Assembly (NCBI GenBank): GCA_963828165.1
Contig: CAWHDR010000001.1
Location: 2,528,001-2,592,000 of the forward strand
From: an uncultured Chloroflexia bacterium
Lineage (GTDB): Bacteria > Chloroflexota > Limnocylindria > Limnocylindrales > CSP1-4
Length of the DNA: 64,000 nt
Direction: 5' to 3'
The position numbers and the translations under genes are program-made. The stretch's first letter is position 1. Each line of letters starts with the position of its first letter. The notes beneath the pieces are model-generated. The model made no database searches and was not told the DNA's origin. It saw nothing but the letters and a program-made list of their open reading frames with translations. Shown here piece by piece: positions 10,127 through 19,429 of the stretch.

Positions 10127-10488
10127 TTCGGATCCTCCTTCGTGTCGGGTGCCACGGCGGCGAGGCGCCGTTCACGCTTGCCGCGTGCGAGCTCGGTGGC
10201 GAGCGAGTCGAGACGCTGCTCCCAGAAGCGGCGGAACGGGTCAAGCCACATGTCGACTTCCTCGAGCGGTGCGGAATCGACGGCGTAGAGGCGCCGGGCG
10301 CCCTCGGGCCGGACCGTCGCGAAGCCGCTGTCGCGCAGGACCTTGAGGTGCTGCGAGACGGCCGGCTGGGAGATCGCGAACTCGGCCTGGACCACCGCGG
10401 TGATGGCCCCCGAGGGCAACTCGCCCTCGGCGAGTAGCTCGAGGATCCGCCGCCGGACGGGGTCGCCGAGGACATCGAACGCATGCAC
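10123..10488 (-). CDS. ArsR/SmtB family regulator
   Basis: FDVLGDPVRRRILELL and SQPAVSQHLKVLR motifs. Translationally coupled to the SRPBCC gene. Confidence 0.92.
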   Translation of the reverse strand: MHAFDVLGDPVRRRILELLAEGELPSGAITAVVQAEFAISQPAVSQHLKVLRDSGFATVRPEGARRLYAVDSAPLEEVDMWLDPFRRFWEQRLDSLATELARGKRERRLAAVAPDTKEDPN

Positions 10489-10495
10489 GAGGGGG

Positions 10496-10525
10496 AGTAT
10501 AAAAGCTACGACTTATATAAGTCAA
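10496..10525 (-). promoter_or_regulatory. leaderless promoter with a probable ArsR operator
   Basis: TTGACT-N18-TATACT, 7 nt before the GTG. Perfect palindrome GACTTATATAAGTC at 10510-10523 overlaps the -35 and spacer. Confidence 0.8.
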
Positions 10526-10555
10526 GTCTGATGTCCGGCGGACGTCGGTTGCCGC

Positions 10556-11335
10556 TTAGCTTCGACCTCGCAGGGCCCAGCGCTCGGGCGTAAGCCCGAT
10601 CGGGAAGTCGCCAACGAGCTTCTCGGGCGCCGTGGTGTCCTCGACCGGTGCCAGTCGTCCCGTCATCCAATCGCGGTACCAGGGCGCCCATGTCCTGGCG
10701 CCGCCGTCGTGGAATTCGGCATACGACCCACCGTATGGCGGCTCGTCCGCCGACCGGGCCGACGTGAACGCCGCCGCATCGTGGAGCGGTGGGAGCTCGC
10801 CTTCGGAGACGCCGAGCGCCCGGTACACCGCCTCGACCTGGTGGAGCCATTCGTGGACGTAGCCCTGCTCGGGGTCGGGATCCGTGAGGAGCGTCCGCCA
10901 GTGGTCGGTCGAGATCGACGAGAACCCAGCCCCGAAGGTCGCCTCCGATGGTCCGACGCTGCAGCCCCAGCCGCACTGCGGCACGGACGTTTCGCACGGC
11001 CACAGTGCGTACACGGAGTCGTAGGTTGCGCCCGTCTCCGCGACCGCCTCGAGCTCGGGGCGGACTTCGCGGGGTCCGACCCACCATCGACCGGCCCCGC
11101 TCGATGACAGCGAACGCACGGACCGCCGAACCTCGACGACATCGAACGGCTCGAGGGTCGCGAGGCCGTCGCTCCAGGCGCGCACGGTCGCTGGCAGGCG
11201 CTCGACGACGGCCATCACCGCCGCTCGTTCCTCACGCGTCATGACCCGACGCGCTGACGTCCGCCGCACGCCAGAACCGTAGCGAGCATCCAGCACGGGA
11301 TAGAGCAGGACGAGCGTGCGCCAGGGCTGGCTCAT
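10556..11335 (-). CDS. hypothetical protein with HExxH (zincin-like) motif
   Basis: GYVHEWLHQVE followed by a downstream LPPLHD. TACGCT lies 6 nt before the ATG. Confidence 0.65.
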   Translation of the reverse strand: MSQPWRTLVLLYPVLDARYGSGVRRTSARRVMTREERAAVMAVVERLPATVRAWSDGLATLEPFDVVEVRRSVRSLSSSGAGRWWVGPREVRPELEAVAETGATYDSVYALWPCETSVPQCGWGCSVGPSEATFGAGFSSISTDHWRTLLTDPDPEQGYVHEWLHQVEAVYRALGVSEGELPPLHDAAAFTSARSADEPPYGGSYAEFHDGGARTWAPWYRDWMTGRLAPVEDTTAPEKLVGDFPIGLTPERWALRGRS

Positions 11336-11382
11336 AGCCCGAGCGTACCCGGCGCGCCGACCGGCTGCTAGCATCGGCGGCC

Positions 11383-12288
11383 ATGGAGACGCAGCGCCGC
11401 ACGACCGCCGATCCGGGCCGGCTGATCGGCGTGGACTGGCTCATCGAACACCTCGAGGACCCCGATCTCCGGCTCGTCCACGTATCGCCGAACCGACGCG
11501 TCTACAACAAGCGCCACATCCCGGGCGCCGTGTATGCCGACCTGCATCGGGAGATCGCCCTCCGCGGCACGGCCCCCGAGACGGGCGACGCGGAGCGCGA
11601 ATGGCTGATCCCCACGCCGGAGCAGACCGCCGCGGTCCTGCGTCGCTGGGGCGTCGGCGACGGCGACCGGGTGGTCTTCTACGACGACGTGGGGCTCAAT
11701 CGCCAGGCGATCCGCGGCTACTGGCTGCTTCGGCTGTACCGGTTCCCGCAGGACCGGTTGCACATCCTCGACGGCGGCATCGAGGCATGGCGGCGGGCCG
11801 GCCACGCGACCACGACCGACGTTCCGGCGGCCGATCGGGCCGACCCCGAACGCGCCCCGGTGACCCTCGGCGACCGCGACGACTCGATCATCGCGACCTA
11901 CGACCAGGTGCTCGAGTGGAGTCGGGAGTCGAGCGCTGGTGACGACGCCCCGACGAGGATCCTGGACGTCCGGACCGCCGGAGAGTGGGTCGGCACGGAC
12001 CTTCGAGCGCGGCGTGGCGGACACATCCCGGGCTCGCGCAACCGCTTGTTCTCCGACCTGCTCACCGACGAGGGGACGTTTCGGCCGGTCGCCGACATGC
12101 TCTCGATCATCCGGGCCAGCGGTGCCGACCCGGCCGAGATCCGGGCGACGTATTGCCAGGGCGGCGTCCGCGCTGCCCTGGTCTGGTTCGCCCTGCACGA
12201 GCTCGCTGGCTTCGAGGAGGTGCGCAGCTACGCCGGGTCGTGGGAGGAATGGGGCAATCGCGCGGACAGCCCGATCGAGGCGCCCTGA
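11383..12288 (+). CDS. double-domain rhodanese sulfurtransferase (SseA-like)
   Basis: HIPGA, ILDGG, GGHIPG, active loop TYCQGGVRA and YAGSWEEWG motifs. Confidence 0.92.
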   Translation: METQRRTTADPGRLIGVDWLIEHLEDPDLRLVHVSPNRRVYNKRHIPGAVYADLHREIALRGTAPETGDAEREWLIPTPEQTAAVLRRWGVGDGDRVVFYDDVGLNRQAIRGYWLLRLYRFPQDRLHILDGGIEAWRRAGHATTTDVPAADRADPERAPVTLGDRDDSIIATYDQVLEWSRESSAGDDAPTRILDVRTAGEWVGTDLRARRGGHIPGSRNRLFSDLLTDEGTFRPVADMLSIIRASGADPAEIRATYCQGGVRAALVWFALHELAGFEEVRSYAGSWEEWGNRADSPIEAP

Positions 12289-12463
12289 TCGGGCCTTCGC
12301 ATGACGATCTCCATCGCACGCGTCCTCCAGGGCGCTCGACCGCGATCGCGCGGGGGGTCCCGGGGAGCGCTCGCGTCGCTGCTACCAGCGCTGCCCTGAG
12401 GTATCCTTCCGACCGGCCGCGCGCGACGCGGCTTCGCTCGCGGGCGCGATGCTCGCGAAACGT

Positions 12464-12538
12464 TCCGGCGTAGCTCAGTGGTAGAGCGGGCGGCTGTTAA
12501 CCGCTTGGTCGTAGGTTCGAGTCCTACCGCCGGAGCCA
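12464..12538 (+). tRNA. tRNA-Asn (GTT)
   Basis: TCCGGCG/CGCCGGA acceptor stem, GTT anticodon, GGTTCGAGTCC T-arm and encoded CCA. Confidence 0.97.
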
Positions 12539-12564
12539 CACCCACCTCGATCGGGCTTCACCGC

Positions 12565-12601
12565 TTGACTTTGCAGTGGCTGTAAGGATTAGCCTGCCGG
12601 C
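12565..12601 (+). promoter_or_regulatory. MerR-type promoter (19-bp spacer with dyad), leaderless
   Basis: TTGACT-N19-TAGCCT with imperfect dyad TTGCAG-tgg-CTGTAA in the spacer. GTG start 6 nt after the -10. Confidence 0.8.
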
Positions 12602-13459
12602 GTGAACATATCGACCCTGGCACGTAGCGCCGGAATCTCGCCCTCTGGCGTGCGCTGGTACGAATCAACCGGCGTCATGCCGCGACCGTTTCGCCAGCCC
12701 AACGGCTACCGAAGCTACACCGATGCCGACCTGGCCAGGCTGACGCTCGTGCTGACCATGCGCCGGTTGGGCATGAGCCCGGCCGAGGCCGGACAGCTTG
12801 CCGAGCGCTGCCTGTCTGGTGCAAGCGCCGACCCGGCCCGCATCGCAATCCTCGAGGACCATCGTCGGCGGATCGCCCTGCAGCGAGAAGAGCTTGAGCG
12901 GCTGGAGATCGAGCTGGCCGACCTGGAGCGGACGATCGAGGTGGCCGATCCGAATCGCCCAGGCCCGGCCGACCGCGCGATCGGCGTCCTGTTCGTCTGC
13001 AACGGCAACTCAGCGCGCAGCCAAATGGCCGAGGCTCTTCTCGGCCGCTTCGGCGGCCGCAACTTCCAGCCATTGTCGGCCGGCACGCGACCAACGTCAG
13101 TACACCCGCTGACCATTCGCATCCTGGCCGAGCTGGGCATCGACTGGAGCCACGCCCGCGCGAAGCAAGTCGGCGAGCTGCTGGGCGAGCCGATCGACTA
13201 CGTCATCACGCTCTCGAACGCTGCCCGCGAGGAGTGCCCCACCCTACCGGGCCGCCACAGCTCGCTGCACTGGCACCTGGAAGACCCGGCAGCGGTGATG
13301 GGCAGCGACGACGAGCGGCTGGCGGCATTCCGCGCGACCCGCGCCGAACTGTCCGTCCGCCTCCGCCCGTTCATCGAGATCGCGCGGCGCGCCGCCGGCC
13401 AGCTGCCGGCCGCCACCTCGCACGCATCCAAGCTCGCAACACGGGGAGTCCGCTCATGA
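12602..13459 (+). CDS. MerR-family regulator fused to an LMW-PTP/ArsC-like domain
   Basis: N-terminal HTH (GISPSGVRWYE...NGYRSY) and coiled coil, then VLFVCNGNSARSQMAEA, SAGT and HWHLEDP motifs. Confidence 0.88.
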   Translation: MNISTLARSAGISPSGVRWYESTGVMPRPFRQPNGYRSYTDADLARLTLVLTMRRLGMSPAEAGQLAERCLSGASADPARIAILEDHRRRIALQREELERLEIELADLERTIEVADPNRPGPADRAIGVLFVCNGNSARSQMAEALLGRFGGRNFQPLSAGTRPTSVHPLTIRILAELGIDWSHARAKQVGELLGEPIDYVITLSNAAREECPTLPGRHSSLHWHLEDPAAVMGSDDERLAAFRATRAELSVRLRPFIEIARRAAGQLPAATSHASKLATRGVRS

Positions 13460-14313
13460 AGTTCGGCGTCGTCACCTCGTTCGGCAGCGCGCAGGACTAC
13501 GTGGCCATGGCGCGCGACGCCGAGGAAGCCGGCTGGGATGGCGTATTCGCGTGGGACGATATCTCTGTCGAGCGCACGGATGTGTTCGATCCGTGGGTCG
13601 TGCTGGGGGCGATGGCCGCCGTCACCGAACGGGTGACGCTGGGCTCCATGGTCTTCTCATTGCCGCGCCGGCGCCCGTGGAAGGTGGCCCGCGAGACGAT
13701 CACGCTCGACAACCTCTCGAACGGGAGGCTGGTGGTGCCTGTTGGCCTGGGCGGGACGTGGGATGGCGGCTACTCCAGGGTCAGCACCGAGGATCCGTCA
13801 CGCCGCGTGCGCGCTCAAAAGCTGGACGAATGCCTGGACATCCTTGAACTCGCCTGGTCAGGCGAGACGGTGAGCTACCAGGGCACCCACTACTGGATGC
13901 GCAACCTGCATTTCGACCCGCGTCCGGTTCAGCGGCCGCGCATCCCGATCTGGCCCGTCGGCGCGTGGCCGCATCCGAAGTCGCTGCGCCGCGCCGCCCG
14001 CTGGGACGGTGTCATCGTGGCGGACAAATCCGGTGAGCGCGACGACGAGCACGCCACCCCCAAGGTCGTGGCCGGCGTGGCCGATTGGATGGCGCAGCAC
14101 CGCGAGTCGTCTGGCCCGTTCGACATCATCATCGAGGGCCTCACCTCCGGCACGGACCACGAAGCCGATCGCGCCTTGCTCGAGCCGATGGCCGAGGCCG
14201 GGGCCACTTGGTTCATCGAGAGCCGCTGGGAGGACGACCAGTCGGTCGACACCGTCCGCGAGCAAATCCGTCGCGGTCCACCTCGCCTGTACGTGCAAGC
14301 GGGCAAATCATGA
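13456..14313 (+). CDS. LLM class (luciferase-like) flavin-dependent oxidoreductase
   Basis: AEEAGWDGVFAWD, DPWVVLGAMAA, TLDNLSNGRL and PVQRPRIPIW motifs. ATGA overlap with the upstream gene. Confidence 0.9.
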   Translation: MKFGVVTSFGSAQDYVAMARDAEEAGWDGVFAWDDISVERTDVFDPWVVLGAMAAVTERVTLGSMVFSLPRRRPWKVARETITLDNLSNGRLVVPVGLGGTWDGGYSRVSTEDPSRRVRAQKLDECLDILELAWSGETVSYQGTHYWMRNLHFDPRPVQRPRIPIWPVGAWPHPKSLRRAARWDGVIVADKSGERDDEHATPKVVAGVADWMAQHRESSGPFDIIIEGLTSGTDHEADRALLEPMAEAGATWFIESRWEDDQSVDTVREQIRRGPPRLYVQAGKS

Positions 14314-14434
14314 CCCCGCTGTCCCCGAGCCGCTGCCCTGTCTGATCGCCGGGGTGAGCGGGTCATTCCCAGGCCGCTGCGCCGGGGGAGAGGCCGGCGG
14401 CGAGCCGTGTGACCTGCGGGCATCGGAGCCCTCG

Positions 14435-15034
14435 TCAGGGCGACAGGTGGCCGGCCTCGTTCCAGGTCTCGATCGCCCGGTTGTCTCGTTCCCAGCCCAG
14501 GGTCCCGACCGTGGCCGTGCCCAGCGCGAAATGCCGGCCGGCAACGGCCGGCAGCTGGATCCAGCGGGCCGCCAACACCCGCAGCAGGTGCCCGTGGGCG
14601 AACAGCAGGGCGTCACCGTCGACTCGCTGATCCAGACAACGTTCGATGACCCGGTCCGCTCGGGCGCCGACCTCGTCGACCGTCTCGCCACCGCGCCACG
14701 GACCGGTCCAGACGCTCCAGTCCGGGATCTCGGTGCGGATGTCGACCGTGGTGCGACCCTCGAACTCGCCGTAATCCCACTCGCCGAGGTCAGGATCGAT
14801 CAACGCGTCGGGAAACCCAGCCAGGCGGGCCGTCTCCGCGGCTCGCGAGCGCGGGCTCGTGAGGACGAGCGCGAACGCGTGCCCGGCGATCCGGCGCGCC
14901 AGCGCCTCCGCCTGTCGCCGCCCCTCGTCGGTCAGCGGGATGTCGCTGCGACCGGTATGGCGCCCAGACGTCGACCACTCCGTCTCACCGTGGCGGACCA
15001 GCCAGATCTGGCGCTCCGGGAGCGGCTCCCTCAC
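14435..15034 (-). CDS. histidine phosphatase family protein
   Basis: LVRHGETEWS, EWDYGEFEG and FAHGHLLR motifs. Confidence 0.92.
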   Translation of the reverse strand: MREPLPERQIWLVRHGETEWSTSGRHTGRSDIPLTDEGRRQAEALARRIAGHAFALVLTSPRSRAAETARLAGFPDALIDPDLGEWDYGEFEGRTTVDIRTEIPDWSVWTGPWRGGETVDEVGARADRVIERCLDQRVDGDALLFAHGHLLRVLAARWIQLPAVAGRHFALGTATVGTLGWERDNRAIETWNEAGHLSP

Positions 15035-15597
15035 AGCGAGGCGTCGGGGCGGATGCTCTCCTCGGGGGTCGCCGCGAAGAACTCGCGCGCCTTCCACCCG
15101 AAGAGCCAGGCAAGCGGGAGGGTCGGGATCGTCGAGATCTTCGTGTTGTAGCGGTAGACCTGGTCGTTGTAGAGCTCCCGGCGGTCGGAGATCATCGCCT
15201 CGAGCCGTTCGATCTCGTTCTGCAGGTCAAGGACGTTCTGCTGGGACTTGACCGCCGGATACGCCTCGACGACCGCGAACAGGGAACGAACGGCCGCTGA
15301 TGTCGCCTCGGCGTGGACCGCCTGAGCCGGGATGGGTTCGGTGGGGGAGTAGGCCGCGCGTGCATGGGTCACCTCGGTGAGCACTTCCTGTTCGAACGCC
15401 ATCGCGCCGCGGACCGCGGAGACGAGCGCCGGCAGCTGGTCGTGGCGCTGCTTGAGGGCGACGTCGATGTTCGACCAGGCCTTGTCGATGCGCTGCCGTA
15501 GTGCCATGACAGCGTTGTAGCTTGCTACCACGATGAAGCCGACGATGATCGCCAGCAGCCCGACCGCGAACAGCGCCGCCACAGACGCCGGGGTCAT
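15031..15597 (-). CDS. lemA: LemA family protein
   Basis: N-terminal TM helix, YN...AWSNIDVALKQRHD, EAYP and RRELYND motifs. Confidence 0.92.
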   Translation of the reverse strand: MTPASVAALFAVGLLAIIVGFIVVASYNAVMALRQRIDKAWSNIDVALKQRHDQLPALVSAVRGAMAFEQEVLTEVTHARAAYSPTEPIPAQAVHAEATSAAVRSLFAVVEAYPAVKSQQNVLDLQNEIERLEAMISDRRELYNDQVYRYNTKISTIPTLPLAWLFGWKAREFFAATPEESIRPDASL

Positions 15598-16685
15598 GGC
15601 CCGAACGCTCCGCTGACCACGAGGGCAAGGCCCATCGCGGAGCCGACCGCCAGCACGGCCCCGAGCAACCCGATGATGAACACGTCCTGGTTCCGATCGG
15701 CGGCGACCCCGGGCAACCCGTGGGCGATGAGCAAGGGCACGTCCGGGGCGCTGGCGAGGACCAGCGTATGCGGCGCGATCGCGAACCGTCGCTCGATCCG
15801 CGCGGCGTCCTCGGCGCTGCCCAGCGGAAGGGCATTCGCCTCGGGATCCAGCTCCGGCGATCGCACGGGCCGCCCGATGCCGAACCCGGGGATCGCGGCG
15901 TTGCCCCAGGCTTCTTCGGGATCATCGGCAAGCAGACCGGCCGCCCGTGCCTCGGCAAGATCGGCCGCGACCTCCGGGTCATCCGCGGCGACCGCGGAGC
16001 CGGAAGCCTCGTCGGCCTCGGCGGGGTCGGCGAGGTCCGAGAACGGCATCGCCCGGCCGATGATGGTCACCGCATCGCCCGGCGCGAGTCGGGCCTCGCG
16101 ATAGTGCCGGCGTCGACGTCTGCCACCCGAGAAGCCGCTCAGCACCGACGCGCCGCCCGTCGCGTCGAGATCCGGGCCTGCGGCGGTCCGCACGGTCAAG
16201 AGGGCGGCGATGGCGGCTTCGCGATCGATCTCCGCGGGTGCGACGGCGCTCCCGGATCGCATGGAGAGACCGGCCGGCTCCTCACCGAACGATCCGGTCC
16301 GATCGTCGAAGCAGACCGGGGCGTCCCAGCGTGCTCCGCGCGGGAACACTCGGACGTCGCCCGATTCGTCAACGACCCGGAACCCGATGGCGCGTTCCTC
16401 GACCACATCGTCCACGTCGACGAGGTCGTCGTCGCCGCTCTCGATCGACGACCGGTAGTACACGCAGGGCGCGCTCTGGAGGGGCGAGACGAGCATCACC
16501 TCCGCCGACTCGATCCGGCCGCTCACGCGCACCTCACCGGCCGCGAGCGTCGCGATCCGCGACGTCCCCGTGTCGCCGATGCGCGCGGCCGTCCGATAGC
16601 CGCGCATCCCGCGCACGAGGAGCCAGAGGCCCGCGCCGACACCCGCGACGAGGACCGCTGCGACCAGTGGCTGGGCATCGTCCAT
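15594..16685 (-). CDS. GIDE-domain-like two-TM membrane protein
   Basis: TM helices at both ends; GEVRVSG, SPLQSAPCVYYR, DESGDVRV and YREARLAPGDAVTIIG motifs; adjacent to lemA. Confidence 0.7.
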   Translation of the reverse strand: MDDAQPLVAAVLVAGVGAGLWLLVRGMRGYRTAARIGDTGTSRIATLAAGEVRVSGRIESAEVMLVSPLQSAPCVYYRSSIESGDDDLVDVDDVVEERAIGFRVVDESGDVRVFPRGARWDAPVCFDDRTGSFGEEPAGLSMRSGSAVAPAEIDREAAIAALLTVRTAAGPDLDATGGASVLSGFSGGRRRRRHYREARLAPGDAVTIIGRAMPFSDLADPAEADEASGSAVAADDPEVAADLAEARAAGLLADDPEEAWGNAAIPGFGIGRPVRSPELDPEANALPLGSAEDAARIERRFAIAPHTLVLASAPDVPLLIAHGLPGVAADRNQDVFIIGLLGAVLAVGSAMGLALVVSGAFGP

Positions 16686-16718
16686 GGACGCATCGTACGG
16701 AACCGGCGGCGAGCCGGT

Positions 16719-16895
16719 TCAGCCGGTCGGGCGTCCGGGACGGATCGACAGGACCAGCAGCGTCACCCCGAGCACGACGGACGCGATCGGCCACAGCCGC
16801 CCGAAGTCGAAGCCCGGGATCGCCTCGCGGGCCAGGAACAGCCCGCCGATGACGATGAGCACGAGTCCCGCCGCGATCGGGCCGCGTCCGCTCAC
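16719..16895 (-). CDS. small LiaI/LiaF-like (DUF5668-type) membrane protein, 58 aa
   Basis: Not in the ORF track. MSGRGPIAAGLVLIVIGGLFLAREAIPGFDFGRLWPIASVVLGVTLLVLSIRPGRPTG, with a GTGA overlap to the upstream gene. Confidence 0.75.
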   Translation of the reverse strand: MSGRGPIAAGLVLIVIGGLFLAREAIPGFDFGRLWPIASVVLGVTLLVLSIRPGRPTG

Positions 16896-17872
16896 GAACA
16901 GCCCTCCTCGGGGTCGAGCCGGAACGATCCGGCATTGGCCTCGATCTGCAGCTCGATCCTCGTGACCGCGGTGTCGTACCCGGGGGTCTCCCAGGTGTCG
17001 CCCACCTGGACGAGGCCCGCGGAACCGAAGTCGTACGACGACAACACGCTGTCCGCGGTATGCAGGCGCAGGGCCACACCGGGCGGGGCGCAGAGCCGGA
17101 TGCTGCCCGCGTTCGCCTCGATGGTGCCGGTCGTGGACACCGCTGGCAGGTAGAGCCCGAGCGACCCGGCATTGAGCCCGGCGTCGACGCTGCCGATCTC
17201 AGCGACGTCACGAAGGTTCACGGTGGCCTGGCCCGCGTTGAGCTCGACCGCAACCGCCCCCAGCCGCGCGTCGCCTAGGTCGGCGACGGCGGCGCCGGCG
17301 TCCAGGCTCAGGTCGATGTCGAGGCGCACGGTCGTTGGCAGGTTGACGATCCAGCGATCGCGCTCGCCGAGGAAGCCGAGATCGCCGTCGGGCGGCTGGA
17401 TCTCGAGGGTCTCGCCGTCGGCCGCGACGGCCGGTCCCTGACCGGCCTCATCAACGCCCTCGACCGTCCAGGCGTCGCCACGGGTCGTGCCGATCTCGAC
17501 GTTCCCGCAGGCGACCTCCACCTTCACGGAGGCGTCCGACTCGAACGTGCCGCTGCGTGGCTGGAACGGGGTGCCACCGTCGCCTGGCCCACATACCCCT
17601 GATGGCAGGTCGCCGATGCCGCCGAACCCGCCGGTCAGGATCCCCGCCGCGAGGAGGCCCAGCGTCCCCGAGACGATCAGGCCGCCGAGCATCTCGAGCG
17701 ACGTCCGGGTGAAGATGAGCCCGAGACCGATGCCGACCAGGATGAGCGGCCAGAACGTCCACCATCGATCGAGCACGGCCGGGTCGAGGAGACCGGTCTG
17801 CACCGCCAGCGGCACCCCGCCAGCCACGACGAAGAACACGCCCCAGCCCGCGAGGTCCCGGTGGATACGCAC
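16892..17872 (-). CDS. LiaF-like TM domain plus beta-repeat (DUF4097/toast-rack-like) protein
   Basis: WWTFWPLILVGIGL TM motif, then repeated xNAGx beta-strand units. Confidence 0.7.
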   Translation of the reverse strand: MRIHRDLAGWGVFFVVAGGVPLAVQTGLLDPAVLDRWWTFWPLILVGIGLGLIFTRTSLEMLGGLIVSGTLGLLAAGILTGGFGGIGDLPSGVCGPGDGGTPFQPRSGTFESDASVKVEVACGNVEIGTTRGDAWTVEGVDEAGQGPAVAADGETLEIQPPDGDLGFLGERDRWIVNLPTTVRLDIDLSLDAGAAVADLGDARLGAVAVELNAGQATVNLRDVAEIGSVDAGLNAGSLGLYLPAVSTTGTIEANAGSIRLCAPPGVALRLHTADSVLSSYDFGSAGLVQVGDTWETPGYDTAVTRIELQIEANAGSFRLDPEEGCS

Positions 17873-18003
17873 CGCGGCACGATACCTTGCCGGCCGGGAG
17901 TGTGGCGACCCGTGATCGGGAGCGCGTGCGATCCGGGCAACGGCCCTGTGCTAGCCTCGAAACGGACGTTCCGTGCCCACCGACGGTCATGCGGGAGGAC
18001 AGC

Positions 18004-18585
18004 ATGCGGCTGAGCGATTGGCGGCAACGCGCGCCTCACAAGGACTCGTTGACGCCCAAGGTCCTGGCGGTCCTCGAGCCCATCCTCGCGTCGCTCGGCG
18101 CCACTCCAGATCCATCGTGCTGGATCGTGTGGGGCGAGGATCCGGGCGTCCGTTACGTGATGCTCGTGCCGACCGACGCCGGCCTGCTGCAGGTGCTCGT
18201 GCGTGTCAACGTCCCAGGCGAGGGTCCGCGCGCCTCCGCGAAGGTCATCCGCTGGGGACGGCTCCAGGTCGGAGAGCTCGGGCTGGAGACGGTGAGCAGC
18301 CACCACCTCCTGGGCTTCCAGGTCGAAAGCCACATCCTTCGGGGCTCCGACGACGAGGGCGATGCCATCGCTTCCTTCGCGCTCGAGGTCTTCGCCCGGA
18401 TCGACGGCCGGCCATTCGCGCCGAGCGCGGTCAAGCGCCCACGAGCAGCCAAAGCCGGCACCGCGTCGAAGACGGTCGCCAGATCGGCGGCGCGCAAACC
18501 GGCGGTCGTCTCGTCCAAGCCGGCCGCAGCGTCTCCCAAGTCCGCGGCCACTCGGAAGCCCGCGGCCGGACGCTCTAGTACTTGA
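18004..18585 (+). CDS. hypothetical protein with Ala/Lys-rich basic C-terminal tail
   Basis: RBS GGAGGA before the ATG. Globular N-terminal part and a KPAA-type tail. Confidence 0.7.
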   Translation: MRLSDWRQRAPHKDSLTPKVLAVLEPILASLGATPDPSCWIVWGEDPGVRYVMLVPTDAGLLQVLVRVNVPGEGPRASAKVIRWGRLQVGELGLETVSSHHLLGFQVESHILRGSDDEGDAIASFALEVFARIDGRPFAPSAVKRPRAAKAGTASKTVARSAARKPAVVSSKPAAASPKSAATRKPAAGRSST

Positions 18586-19379
18586 GCGTCCGGCCCAAGG
18601 CCGCACCCGTGGAGGACCGGCCGCTTCATCCGTGGCGGCGGACGATCCGCTACTGGGCCTCGCGGCTCGTTTCCGGAGCGGTCACCCGAGCCTGGCTGCG
18701 GCTCGAATGCCAGGGCTTCGAACAGCTTCCGGACGGCCCGGCGATCTACTGCTTCAACCACCTGTCCTGGGCGGATCCGTTCGTCCTGATGGCCACGCTC
18801 CCGATGCGTCCGCGCTTGTCGTTCTTCGGTCCGAAGGAGGAGGACATGGGCGTCGGCGGTCGCAACCGGCTCATGCACTGGACCGGGGCGACGATCCCCT
18901 ACAAACCGGGCAAGAACGACCTGCTCGAGGCGACCCGAAAGGTGGGGGCGGTCATCGGTGCCGGTGGGATCGTCGCGATCGCGGGGGAGGGGAGGATCGG
19001 TGCCCTTGAGGCGGCCGTGCTCCCGCTCAACGACGGACCCGCCTATTTCGCCCTGCGGTCGCGCGTGCCGCTCGTCCCGATCGCGATCAACGGGACGAGC
19101 TGGCTGCGGTTCGGCGGCCGCATCCGGGTCCGCGTCGGCCAACCCATCGTGGGAATCGGTCGGCCTGATCGAACGAACGTGGCCGAGATGACGGCTGCTC
19201 TCCAGGCGTCACTCGCGGCCCTGGTCGCCGATGCTCAGCAGCCCGTACGCACCGGCCGGTCCGGGGCATGGCTGTCGGAGCGGTTCAACGAATGGCCCGA
19301 AGGCTCCCGCGAGGCGGCCCTGGCCGCCCAGATCGATGGGGCGATCGAGCCACAGCCGCTGGCCGCTGCGGGCGGCTGA
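18582..19379 (+). CDS. lysophospholipid acyltransferase (PlsC family)
   Basis: NHLSWAD catalytic motif, AGEGR and VPLVPIAI motifs. Confidence 0.88.
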   Translation: MSVRPKAAPVEDRPLHPWRRTIRYWASRLVSGAVTRAWLRLECQGFEQLPDGPAIYCFNHLSWADPFVLMATLPMRPRLSFFGPKEEDMGVGGRNRLMHWTGATIPYKPGKNDLLEATRKVGAVIGAGGIVAIAGEGRIGALEAAVLPLNDGPAYFALRSRVPLVPIAINGTSWLRFGGRIRVRVGQPIVGIGRPDRTNVAEMTAALQASLAALVADAQQPVRTGRSGAWLSERFNEWPEGSREAALAAQIDGAIEPQPLAAAGG

Positions 19380-19429
19380 CCGGGCGTCTCTGGCATACTC
19401 GGCGCGCAGGATCCCCCTCAGGAGCGACC

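Noticed and set aside
12539-14434. Integrative element at tRNA-Asn
   Set aside because: No integrase and no duplicated tRNA 3' end (att site) seen.
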